A stretch of DNA of 64,000 nt from Moniliella sp. 'wahieum' (taxonomy: Eukaryota): positions 1-64,000 of the forward strand of contig RSEE01000046.1 of NCBI GenBank assembly GCA_003971905.1, read 5' to 3'. This document shows positions 1-11,896 of this stretch, one piece after another. The translations under genes were made by a program, and so were the position numbers. The notes under the pieces were generated by a model. It was given only the letters and a program-made list of their open reading frames with translations. It ran no database searches and was not told where the DNA came from. How positions within the stretch are numbered: the first letter of the stretch is position 1; each line of letters begins with the position of its first letter.

Positions 1-2110
1 ACCAGGAACGGAAAAGCATAATGCGTTGGGAGGCCGCTTGATGTGTCCTGGCTTCGTTTCTTAGCATGGGACTTTTTGGTGAGCGTAAGCCCTGTTTGTT
101 GCCATTGTCCAATTGTTTGCTGGACGATGCATGGGAGACCATGTCTTGTCAGAACTAGCGCTGCTCACTGCCCGCGCCCAACCCCGACATTAAGATCCTC
201 CACCATCGTACTGCTGGACATGGAGTGTTAGGTTCTCGCACACTACCCCAATCTGGAGACAATGCCCACTTACTCGCAGTTGTTGGCCAGGCGGATGCAA
301 AACGGAAGACTTTCCGTCCAGGGAATTGGGATCCGCCACTGTGTGTGCGGAGGTCATGGACAGAGTAGTGAGTGTTGGAGGTGGAAGAGGCGAAGATAGC
401 AAAATTGGAAGGGTGGACGAGGCCTTTATCGGGCAGAAAGAGATATATATATGCGTGTATCCCGCAGAGGGCGGCTGGTGGAACCGCCCACCGGACTAGT
501 GATCTCACCTTAACTTTTCATTACTCACCGCCTGATGAGCAGAAGGCTCGTTACAGAGCGACCATATAGATATACTCATCGATCTCATCCATCCCACCTG
601 GAAGTAGCATTGCCACATCTACGCTCCGGCATCGTCAGCGATGCACCACACGGCCAGGGCATCTCAGTCGCGCCAATGGTATACCCGGTCTAATGCAAAA
701 ATGCATGATGAGATGAAGGTTTATTGCGGGGAAAAGTGCAGGACAGCACCAAAGCCCCACCGGCACTACTGACGCACGGATGATCGATGATCCCTCTTCG
801 GGGCTTTTTGTCCATACAGTTGCAGACCTGGAAGGGAGTCTGCAGGACCCGCGGAGATATCGAAAGGGGGGCGTTGCACGCACGCTACAGGATGGCACTC
901 GTTACTTGCGCGTTGCTCCACGGGACAGGGACGGTGCCTGGGGGCACATCTACATCACATAGTGGTGCGGCAAGCCGGCGGCAGGTCGCGTCAGATCAAT
1001 TGGCAATGCTCTCGAAATACGGTGGCTTGACTGGACCCTACCCGGCATCAGGGCGGCCGAGTGCGGATGCGCAGCGAAAGGTTCGCAGGGGTCCGCCCGC
1101 TGCTGTGCTGCGCCTACGGCAAACGTACTGCAGGCGTAACATACCTCTGAACACACCCAGCAATCCCGGCACCGACTCAGAACCCGTGTGCGCTTCCCCG
1201 CACACGTTGGGTGCGAGTGAGCAAGCCGGCGGTAGTGGCCTGCCGTACCACCCGATCCCGGCCGTCAAAATTTCCCACCCCTGCGAACGCAGCCGGCCGG
1301 AAGGGCGGGTTGCAACACCCGATGCGCTCTCTCGCGTACGGGGGAGTGTGGAGCGCGCGTCCACACCGCGCGTGCCGGCTCTAGTGGCACCCAGACATCC
1401 ACGCCTGCCGGCTCTGTTGGCGGCTCCATTCCCCCCCCCCCCCCCCCCCGAGACCCTTATAATGATCCTACCTTCCCATCAACAAAGTCATTCTACTAGA
1501 AGTACGAGCAACACATGTGACGTGTCTGTTATCATTAGGCTAAGGAACATTACTGCGGTGTACGTGGTAATATATAAATGCCTGGCACGCTCCATTTTCC
1601 CTATATATATGTTTTTCTTGCGAACGGGGGATTTACTGTGATCGCATCTTATCAATCATGGGCTTCCGGGTCTTTCTTATACAGGTCTCCTGCACCCACA
1701 ACTGAGGAATATGGGAGGGAGAAGAAGGAAACAGATGCAAAGGTCACAAAAGCCGTGGCGGAATTAATGGGGTGGGTACTGTAAGAGTCGGGCGAATACG
1801 AGTGAGACCAAGTACCAAGAGAAGCCAAAGATGCACTGGTGGGAGAAGGGAGAACAGGATCGGCGGGAAGAGTGGTGCGAAGATTCCCCTGATTAGCTAA
1901 GAGGACCGTGACAAGTACTATAATACTAGGTACAGATATTGTTGTATCCTCAGGCCTCATAGACACGGGAGATCTGAGAGACGGCGCGACCCACAGGTAC
2001 GGTTGGAGCTGATGATCAGCTTCGAAGCTAGTGAAACTTGAAGGCTCAGCGGTGCCTTGTTGCAGGTTCTACTGGCCCACGCAAGACATTTCGGTGAGTG
2101 GCCTTGTGGC

Positions 2111-2227
<117 letters not shown>

Positions 2228-3179
2228 TGAACGTCCGACGAAGTCGCCGATGGACGTATAACAGCACACCGATCGACGTTCCCATGGGCAAAAGAACGCA
2301 GGACATGCCGTTCAAGTAGAAGGACAGAGCGAGCTGCAGGAACGCTGTCAGAGCTCCTGCATAATTATGCCTCCGCCCAAAACCCAACTACCACAGTATT
2401 GGTGCGTCGCGGGTGTAGAGGACTTTATTCGACGCTCACAGTCTTCAAGCTATATAGAGGGCTAATCGAGGTAATCAGGCGGTCGCAATGAGGAGCGGGA
2501 ACGATGAGGTTACGAAAAGAGTTGAGCGAAGAGCGTGGTGACAGCCATATGTGAGACAAGCAACTCGAGCACAGGGAGAAAGGGAGAAGGAAAGGGAGGG
2601 CTGCACCCGCCGGACAGAACGTGGCGCTGAGTGGCCCCTCCATGGTGATGCGGCTTTACGGCGTCGCTAGGGATAAGCGATCGTCTCTCCTCCACACGTC
2701 ACACGTCACATCAATATATCACCTGCCGTCCACCCTTTCTAGGAGGCGTTATCGTAACTGCCGTCGTACTGAGCACTGTCGTAAGCCCCTTTAACGTTTC
2801 ACTCGGACAGAAGGGTATCAAATTCACCGTCCGATGAGATCGATGAGGCCTGAGATCTGAGACAGCGAGAGAGAGAGATTCTATAAAGGGGAAAGCCGGC
2901 CAACGCTATAGGAGGTGTATCAGCACTATATCAGGAGGCTTTTGCATCGGTCACAGCGCTCAGCCTGAGCGCTGAGGCTCAGCGCGGAAAAAGGGGTAAA
3001 TCAGTCACCGTCAAGGGAAGAGTATCATAGAGTGATAGTAGAGTGGGGTATGCTGTCGGATCCGAACTCTCCAAGGGAAATGAGAAGGAAGGGGGGGTGA
3101 CTGTTGTCCATTTTGGAAAAAAGAAGATTGGGCGATTGCGGCGCAGGGTGGTAGGCTAGGGGAAAAGGAATGACTGTCC

Positions 3180-5190
3180 TCACATCACAACGCAGTCACG
3201 GTCATCGTTCTTCTTGGGGTGGAAGCCCATGTCAGAAAATGTGCTGTACTTGGGCCCCGTCGCAGCTGAACGTGGGGAATCGTTCTGCACCGACCCATAA
3301 GCTGCCGGAGAAGCACGATCGGCCACCCTTCCAGTCCGACCACCGCGACTGTAGCGCCCGCTCCGGCTGCAGCTTGGGCCATCGACAACGTCTGTTTCCG
3401 CCGCAACGGTTCCTGCTGCATCTGGCTTCCCGGGTTAGACGCGATGCGACCCTGTGAGCTTTTCCGCGGGGCAGCAGAAGGCATCGGGGGGACGTTCGCC
3501 GCGTTCCTTCCCTGGACTGTAGGGGGCGAGTGAGGCAGTGCCGGTGTCGCTGGAACATGGGTATTGGCCTGGGCGGTGGGGACCGCACCCGAGTTTTGCT
3601 TTTGCCGGGCAATGGTTCGCTGGGCAGCGAGCGTACGGGAGCGCTGGATGGTCTTGTTTAGGTTCTGCTGGTGCTGCTGCCTCGAGAAGCCATCAGCAGT
3701 AGCTTGGGTCTCCACTAGGGCGGCGAGACGGTCCTTGGCATCTTGGTTCCCCGCCTGCGACGCTTTGTTGTACCACACCTTGGCTGCTTCGAGGTCTTGT
3801 CGCACCCGACAGCCTCGCGGTAGTACCCCATGGCAAAGAGCGCAGTGGGCAGGTTGCTGCTGGCCGCCCTTTCGGCAAACTGGAAGGCCAACGATTCGTT
3901 CACCTCGAAACAATTTTCTGCGCCGCAGAGGAACCACTTGCTCAGTGCCATGTCCGCCTCCACCTGCCCACCTTGGGATGCCAGGCTGTACCACTGCACC
4001 GACAAAAGTGGGTCAAACGGAAGGTCGAGTTGAGCATTCTCGTACGCCCAGCCCATTTTGAGTTGAGCTTGATAAAAGTGCAAATAGGCTGCCTTTGCAA
4101 TGTAATATTCAGCCTCCGCCTCGATCGACGACCGCTCCCACCTCGGGATACCGAAGCGTGAAGCAGCTGAGGATCGATGGTCAATGCCTCAAACTCTTGC
4201 ATCAGGACCATGCCGTAGATGAAAGCCGGTTGGGGGGTATCCAGGGTTACCTGGTCGGCCGCCTGACGGAGGAGGGAGAGTGCCTCAGCGTGATCCGGAG
4301 CCAACTCCAGCTGGCCCATTAGACAGGCCATGGCAATGCGATACTGGCACCCAAATCGCCTAAGGTCACGCCATGTTGGTACGCCCTGCGCGCCTGAGCA
4401 ATATCCTTAATCGACTCGTACTCCCTCCCGATCCGCATCCAGGCCGTTGGGCATCCGCGCCGGGCACGGTCATAGTCCGCAAATGCCCCCCGCAGACTCT
4501 TGCGGAACTGGTGGGGGAACATGCCACCCGAGCCACGCAGGTCGCCCCGCACCAGCAGGGCCTCTGCTTGCACGGTAGGCGGAATGTTTTGGTTTTCTGC
4601 CAGGCGAGTTACCTGTCGACAGCAAGCAAAAAGGATGAGTACTCGTAGCACTTTTCTACCTTTCATCTCAGAAGGGCATGGGAAATCAGAAAAGACAAGG
4701 TATCACGTACCCATACAGCCTCCTGAATCAGCACATCCATCTGCGGATTTGCGCGACGGCTGCCATCCGGGTCGCGCTCGAGGTAACGAATCACATCGCG
4801 GATCCAGTTAAGAATCCGAGCTGGCTCGCCCAGTGCTAGCGCCTTCTCGCGCTCTTGGTCTAGCGGGAAGATCAGGGAGGGGTGCAGTCAGTTGGTCGTG
4901 AGTTGCTTCTTTTTCAACCGTGGGCACTGGCGCCATGGCCTCTTGATCTTCCTCCTCGGGAAAGGGGTTGGCCAGCATCTCGTTGGCCAGGGGTGCGACA
5001 GCGGGGGCGGGGGCGGAGGCAGACCCCAGGGAGGCCGGGGGGGGGACGACAAAGAAAGCGAGGGCGAGCCGCCGGGCACAGGCGGGGGAGGCGGGCCGGA
5101 AAAGTAGGCGGAGCTGGGCGCAGGCGGTGTCGAGGGCGCGCCCGGGCCGAAAGAGAGGTTGGCGAACTGGGAGGTGGGGGGCGAGGCCAT
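3180..5190 (-). CDS. Sel1-repeat chitin synthase regulator (Skt5/Chs4-like) with C-terminal CaaX box
   Basis: Sel1-like segments across frameshifted ORFs (AQLKMGWAYE..LPFDPLLSVQWYSLASQGGQVEADMALSKWFLCG; TALFAMGYY; AKVWYNKASQAGNQDAKDRL). Pro-rich N-terminus from ATG 5190. C-terminus reads GPKYSTFSDMGFHPKKNDDRDCVVM* (stop 3182-3180). Intron 4613-4710. Confidence 0.85.
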
Positions 5191-7394
5191 GGTGGAGGGG
5201 GTGGAGGGCAGGTGGTGGTGGTGGGGGGGTGGTTGGAGGAGAAATAGGAGGGCAGGAGCAGAGCGAGGCAACCGGCAAGCCCCGCAGTCCTGATATGGTC
5301 GCTCGCGCTCGGGGAGACGCCATCCCTTACCTAACAGAGCGCCACGCCAGCCCACGCGCACACTGCTGGTGTGCCCGCAGCCCCCTCGGCTGCGGAACTC
5401 CGCGCGCATGCCCCACCTTGCGCCCCCGTGCCCACACCCTGCGTACACAGAACAGCCGACCCAACCCTAGCACGCCCGCCCTGATCGATGTTCACGCTTC
5501 AAGGAGATGCACATAGTGCCTACGCAGCCACCCAAGCCCACTCTTGTCTCCCATTCCCACCGCCTGGCTGAGGTAGCTACGTTTATCCACACCGCAACGT
5601 GGCCAACTTGAGAAGGACCGTCCCAGGCCGTCCCAGTTGGCCCCACCAACTCCACAATGTCAAGCCTCTGCTGCGCCTGCCCGCCTGTTTCAAAAGGTGA
5701 GAGGATGAGGATGAGGAGGCGAGAGGTGTGCGAGGACGGCGAGGAGAATGCACACCAATACCGAGTGATGGGGTCTGGCGCATTGCGATGATCAGGAATG
5801 GGGGCGGACCACACTCTATGTGGGACTCGAACACGAAGGAGGCTATGGCTGCGTACCGGAAAGTGGAACGTGAGAGAAAACGGCAAATATACACGTTTGG
5901 TACGCCGGAGGGAGAGAACGGAATACGGCAAGAACGCCAAGTACCACAGGGGCTTATCCAGAGCCTTGCTTCCCCTTGGTTAAGCCGAAGCGAGGATACT
6001 ATGTCGAAAGAATTAACGGATCAGATGGGCCTTGTTGGAGATAGCTCAGCGCGCTCACCGTCATTCACCGCTCACTGCTCGGATGTCTACCGTGCGCTCA
6101 ATCATATGCACGCGCGCTGCATCTAGTTTAGAAGCGAATGGCGGGTGCCAGAGAGGGTCCTGACGTGCTGGCGACTCTCCTGGCTTCCTAATCGAAGGCG
6201 TGCCTCTAACAAAAGCAGCACACACCTGATGGACGGCAGGCGGACACAGGCTGGTTTAGACGCAACAGAGCGTTTCTTTGCCCCACAACGTTAAACGCGT
6301 TTTAAGCTCCGTGAATGAGATGAATGCAACGGTAGGACCAAAAAGAACGAGCTCCAAGACAAAAGGTGTGGCATCTCACTGTGCTGGGATATCCAGCCTC
6401 CTTTAGACGCTGCCAAAATGGTGCGCCGCATGCGCCTTCCTTTGCGCTCCTGTGTTCGCGTCCCCTCATGCACTCATGTCTTCTCTTCACGGCCAACACC
6501 GCTTCGCTCTCCATGCTCTCCCTAGCTCTTTCAGTCAGTAGAGGGGCCATCTGATTGCGGCTAGTTGGTCATAGCGCAACAGTAGGAGCGCCATCATGTG
6601 CATCATGTACCAGGCACCATCAATCATATCCTCTCTGTCTTGCCCTATCATGCCATCATGGCCGGTTGGAGGTCACCGTGACCGGTCAGCGCTTCAGCGC
6701 CCAGCCCGGTCAGGTCAGGCCTCAGGGCCTCAGGCCGGTCAACAGGGCTAATTAACTAATTGAACACCGCCCGCTTCTTTCAGCATCTCCCAGGCTTAAG
6801 CCCTGAAAACTCCGGCCCGGAGGGTGAAGAAACAAGGCCCTCCCTGGCCCTCCTCCCCCTGACCTCAGGCTTTAAACTTCAAGCTTCAAGCTTCAAGCTT
6901 CACCGGCCACCCCGATCAGGTCGTCACCGGCCTCGCCGGCCTCACCAGTGCCTCGTCAGTATTCAGTCTGAGTACTCAGTGCCTCACCTCGTGGTGCAAG
7001 CGTGGGCCGAGGCTAAATGACATGTGACATGTAGCATTGATCCTGGGGATTTGTAAGCCCGCACACCACCGACCGGTCCTATAGCTCGGGGATAATGCAT
7101 TGGCCGGACCGGAAACACCGTCCGAGCAGGATCCGTCATCGTCCCAAATGACCAATGTTAATGATCTGAGTGGCACAAAATGATACATGCATCGGTGTGA
7201 TGCGCGGGGGCCTGGATGTTGGCTCTATCGACTTGCAAGACCGGGTTGGGTTATCGCTAGCCGTTCGACGGCGAGCATGGGGCACACGAGTTTGGCACAG
7301 AGGCGTACGTGACGCGCGACGCGCGACGGCGCAACAGGATATGATGCTGCGGGTTTGTTGATTTGGGCCTTCCTCGGCAATAAGGGCCAAGGCG

Positions 7395-7439
7395 TGACGC
7401 GTGACGCGTGAAGCTTGAAGCTTGAAGCGGACGCGCTGA
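7395..7439 (+). repeat. 7-nt-period TGA array: (TGACGCG)2(TGAAGCT)2TGAAGCG...TGA
   Basis: TGA at 7395, 7402, 7409, 7416, 7423 and 7437. Related arrays at 6877-6902 (opposite strand) and 7803-7819. Confidence 0.9.
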
Positions 7440-8160
7440 CGCGTCGATTTCGTCGACAAGTAGCAGGTTACAGACACGCGGCCTCAGCGCCTCCTGAGCG
7501 CCGAGACTCGGTACTCAATAATCATTTGATGCTCAGTAACTCACCAATAAACTCAGTACACAGAGGCAACCTGGCCTTACGCCCCAGTACCTCAGTGCTT
7601 TCAGGTTGGCCAGGGTTAGCCAGGGCTGGCCAAGGCTTTGTTGGCCTCCACCCTCAATCAACAACGTTGTTCAACTTGTTGGACGCTGAGTGAGTCTGAG
7701 TACCTAAGGTGGATCGCCAGCAAATCGTCAATCGTCAGCACGTCAGCCGCGCTGTCGGGGACGGCCCTCGCAGCGGCTGGGCCAGACTGTGCGTGTGTTG
7801 GTTGAAGCTTGAAGCTTGAAGTGAAGCCCAATGATTTGAAGCGGCTGGCTGAGCACGCTGTCGGCGGATCTTCTTGTGTTGGGCTATGGCCTGTGCGCAC
7901 ACTCCCCCCGTGCCTGGCGGCGAACTGACGCTGGGCGGGGAGTGTGACGCTCAGTGCCCGCTTGCAGCGGAACGACGCGGGCACAGGGGCAGTGTGGCGG
8001 ACATGGCGGCGGCTTCTACGGCGATGTTCAACTTAAACCGCCGGCGCCAATAGCAGCAGCCCCTGCCGCAGTTGCGCCGCCGTTCGCTCAGCTCAGCTGT
8101 GTTCGTCCCTTCTCGGCTCTGCTCTGCCCCACCACCTCGCCCCCTTCCACTCCCCTCACA

Positions 8161-10209
8161 ATGCCCCTCCAGGCCTTTGACATTACCAAGTTCCCCGTCC
8201 CGCTGGACCAGTACAAGCCTGTGCCCCTGTCGCTTGCCGACAAGCAGCTTACTGCCGAGCAGAAGGCGCAGCTGTCCGCCAACATCAAGCTCCTCCGCGA
8301 GGCCATCTTCTTCACTGCCTCTGGCGCTGCCCGTGGCGGTACGTATCCCTTCTGCCTACTTTCCCTCCAGCTCGTTTCTGACCCCTCCCCCGACACAGTC
8401 TCGGGCCACACCGGTGGGCCTTACGACACTGTCCCCGAGGTTGTCTGCTCCTCTCGCTCTTTGCCGGTCCTGACGGCGACAAGTTCTACCAGACCTTCTT
8501 TGACGAGGCTGGCCACCGTGTCGCGACGCAGTACCTTTTGGCCGCTCTCGACGGCGCGTTCCTGCGGACCACCTCCTGTACTACCGCGAGGCTGACAGCA
8601 AGCTCCCCGGCCATCCCGAGCTTGGTTTGACCCCGGGCGTCAAGTTCTCCTCGGCCGCCTGGGCCACATGTGGCCGATGGTCAACGGTGTGGCTGCTGCC
8701 ATGCTGACAAGATCACCATCATGCTTGGCTCTGACGGGTCGGAGCAAGAGGGTGACGATGCTGAGGCTGCTCGCCTTGCGGTTGCCAAGGACCTCAACGT
8801 CAAACTCTTCATTGACGACAACAACGTTACCATTGCTGGCCACCCCTCGGACTACTTCAAGGGCTACGACGTTGGGAAGACCCTTGAGGGCCACGGCCTC
8901 AAGATCGTCCGCGCCGAGGGTGAAGACCTCGACAGTCTCTTTGGCGCCATCATCGAGGCAGTCAACACCAAGGGCCCTGTTGCTGTGATCACCAAGCGTC
9001 CCATGGCGCCCGGTATCAAGGGCATCGAGGGCAACCCCCACGGCCACGATGTGATTCCCCTTCCCAAGGCGATTGAGTTCCTCACCGACGCTGGCAACAA
9101 GGATGCCGTCGCCATCCTCGAGAGCATCAAGCCCCGCAAGGACCCGTACACGTACATTGGCTCGACCAAGGAGCGGGGTGCGAACCGTGTGTCTTTGGTG
9201 ACGCTGTTGCTGCTGTGTTGGACAAGACGTCGAAGGAGGAGAACGCCAAGAAGGTGCTCTGCATTGACTCGGACCTGGAGGGCTCGACTGGTCTCAAGGT
9301 CATTCACCAGAAGCACCCGAGGTCTTCTGGTCCTCGGGCATTTGCGAGCGCGGCAACTTCAGCGCTGCCGCTGGCTTTGGCTCGTTTGTCCCGAAGGCGA
9401 ATACCGCACCGGTATTTCTCCACCTTCTCGGCTTTCCTTGAGATGGTCATCTCGGAGCTTACCATGGCGCGCCTCAACAAGTCCAACGTCCTTTCTCACT
9501 TCTCTCACGCCGGTGTTGATGAGATGGCGGACAACACGTGCCACTTTGGTATCAACAACTTCTTTGCCGACAATGGTCTGTCGGATGCGGGTGTGCCCAC
9601 CAACCTCTACTTCCCTGCCGACCCGACCCAGATGACGGCGGTGATTGAGAAGGTGCTGTACGCGCCTGGCCTTCGGTTCGTGTTTTCGACCCGGTCGAAG
9701 GTGCCTTGGGTGCTGAAGGAGGGTTCGGACTCGGAGCGCTTCTATGGCGAGGGCTACACCTTTGTTCCAGGTAAGGATGACATTATCCGTGTGCCCCCGG
9801 TGAGGTCGAAGGCTGGATCGTCACGTTTGGTGAGATGCTGTACCGTGTCGTCGATGCCGTTGACAAGCTCAAGGCCGAGGGGATCAAGGTGGGTGTGATC
9901 AACAAGGCGACGCTCAACGTGGTGGACGAGGAGGAGGCGATCAAGGTATGGGGTGCCGGCAAGTTCACCCTGGTGGTTGAGTCGTTCAACAAGGCTAATG
10001 GCCTCGGCTCGCGCGTCGGCTCTTGGCTCTTGGAGCGCAACATTCGCCCGGGCAAGTTTGCCCACCTGGGCACCACCGTTGAGGGGTCGGGTGGTCTTTG
10101 GGAGCAGATCCCTCACCAGGGTCTCGACTCGGACTCGATCCAAAAGAAGGTCAAGGAGCTGTTAAGCTGCCCTGTCCTGTTTGGTTCGGCTCTAGTCGTT
10201 TTGAGTTAA
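8161..10209 (+). CDS. Transketolase-family ThDP-dependent enzyme (atypical subtype)
   Basis: SGHTGGPYD; LPGHPE; ThDP-binding motif variant GSDGSEQEGDDAEAAR...DDNN; DSDLEGST; STFSAFLEM; HFSHAGVDEMADNTCHFG; C-terminal GLDSDSI. Intron 8339-8398. Several frameshifts; stop at 10165 or 10209. Confidence 0.88.
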
Positions 10210-10460
10210 TCGGTCCTGTTCATGTTGGTGGTCGAGCGAGGCTCAGCACCAAGCAAATATGTTGGACTAGCCATGTATGTTTCCTGTCGATATAGAGAGA
10301 GACTTGAGAAAGTGGGGGGAAGGAATCAACAGTTCATATCACAACTGGCGTACAACTCTCTTGAGCGCGAGGCTGTCGCCATAACTGGGGGCAAGGCATT
10401 GGGGGTGGGGGAGGACAGGGTAACAAGTGGATGGGGGGCGGGCGCAGTGGATAGCCCCAG

Positions 10461-10791
10461 CTAGCAAGCGTCTGTGGCAGGCAACACAAGTAAGCGCCAC
10501 GCTGGAGCGCTCCAAGCCACGCCGGGTGCGGTGATGTCATGCCGCGCGTGTGATCTCCATGTTCCTCCACACTTGGCTTGTCGTGCTGACAGCAGCACCA
10601 GATGAGCCATGCCGCTGAGCTTCATCCACTTGCTGCCTCAGGCTATGCCCATGGACTCCCTCACCCCCATGCTGATTAAAGGCTGTCCTGCACAAAAAGT
10701 CGCTCTTCCAGGCCACCGCGGCCCGCAATGCGTCGCGCGCGTCGCGAACCGGACGCGCCACCGCCACAGTCTGCCCATCCATTGCAGCACG
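10461..10791 (-). pseudogene. Diverged inverted copy of the GCN1 last codons and 3' flank (paralog of 36846-37171)
   Basis: Colinear shared blocks: CGTGCTGCARTGGATGGG, GTGGCGCGTCCG, GCGCGCGACGCA, GGCCTGGAAGAGCGAC, TTTGTGCAGGAC, TCATCTGGTGCTGCTGTC, GCGCTCCAGCGTGGCGC. Translation RDARDALRAAVAWKSD vs [16 protein letters not shown]. Confidence 0.85.
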
Positions 10792-10958
10792 GTGGTAGGA
10801 TGGGTGGTGGGAGGCGGGGCGGGACAAGCAGGGGCCACTTGGCCTCACTGGGTCAGTAGAAGGAGAAGGAGAAGAATAACGAGGCGTAGAAGAAGATGAA
10901 GAGCTGCTATAGGGGGCTGGCAACAGTGCATCTCAGTAGGGCTTCCGCACGATCGTTT

Positions 10959-11729
10959 TGTCACGGGGCGATGTCTGAACTACCTGCACAGCCGCCTCCA
11001 CTTCCTTATCGTTTCTATCGCTTCTCGGCTTCTTCCACCATCTCGCCTATCTCGACTCGTTTCTCTTCTCTTTCGCTATCTTGACTCGGATCGTCTTCCT
11101 ATCAACAAAACCCACAACTATCTTGGTTTCTCCGCTCGCGCTCGTCTAAAATCCAAAACAAACACATGGTTTCTCGACTTAGTTTCTCGCTCGTTTCTCG
11201 TCTCGGGTCCATTTTGCCCTTGACCCTCGTCTCGTCTCTCGCCTCGTCCCTCTCGCGCTTGGTCCTCTTTCCTTCCCTTGGCTCGTTTCCCCTTTTGCTC
11301 TGTAGACCTCTTGGTCTTGCTTTGTCCCCTTTCTCTTCTATAAAACCTGCCTGTTCTTAGATCCAATGATGATGGCCCAAGCCGCCGACCATTCTTTCCC
11401 CTTCACCCTTCTTCTAGGCTCTCCACTTCTAGAAGGAACACCTCTCGCACCGCTCGCTCGCCCTCCCTCGCCCATCGGAGCACACTGCTTTCGCGTCCAG
11501 CCCCTATACACGCAACCTCAGCTCGCAGACCGCTGCACCTTTCGCAACCTCTACTTGCCGACCGCTGCACAGGCTCTGCTCGACGCACCGTAAAGCATCA
11601 CTCACGACCCTCCTACGTTCACGCCAGTGAGCCTTGGACTTTGGATCTGAAACGCGTTCAGTCCTCCGTGAGTACTGTCTCCGATGGGCAGGGAAGGTCT
11701 CCGCCTGGGAAACCAGCCACCCCGTCACA
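10959..11729 (+). repeat. 5' LTR (771 bp)
   Basis: TGTCACGGGG...CCCCGTCACA imperfect terminal inverted repeat, TATAAAA at 11339-11345, direct repeat of 16711-17477. Confidence 0.97.
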
Positions 11730-11731
11730 TT

Positions 11732-11745
11732 ATGGTCGGCGGCTT
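11732..11745 (+). promoter_or_regulatory. Primer binding site, self-priming type
   Basis: ATGGTCGGCGGCTT lies 2 nt after the LTR and is the exact reverse complement of LTR 11379-11392 (AAGCCGCCGACCAT). Confidence 0.85.
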
Positions 11746-11896
11746 CCCCAGGCCAGACCGGACCTCGACCCCAACTTTCGAAAATGGTCGAGCTAACCAA
11801 GACGAACCAGAATTCTCCCAGATCTCTTCACTGCACGTTCTCAGGACGGTGTGACCACCTCAAGCCGATTGTGCACTCTCCCGCTCTCCCTCTCCC

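Noticed and set aside
226..515. Solo LTR (TGTTAGG...CCTTAACT with internal TATATATA)
   Set aside because: One end is not CA, there is no TSD, and there is no second copy in the window
560..1970. ORFs 787-1641, 780-962 and 1652-1966
   Set aside because: No recognisable domain or consistent coding signal
5467..6550. Short ORFs upstream of the Sel1 gene
   Set aside because: No identifiable product; may be unrecognised relics
11732..11745. PBS complementary to the nearby tRNA-Ala
   Set aside because: tRNA-Ala would require TGGTGGACGAA, and only TGGT matches
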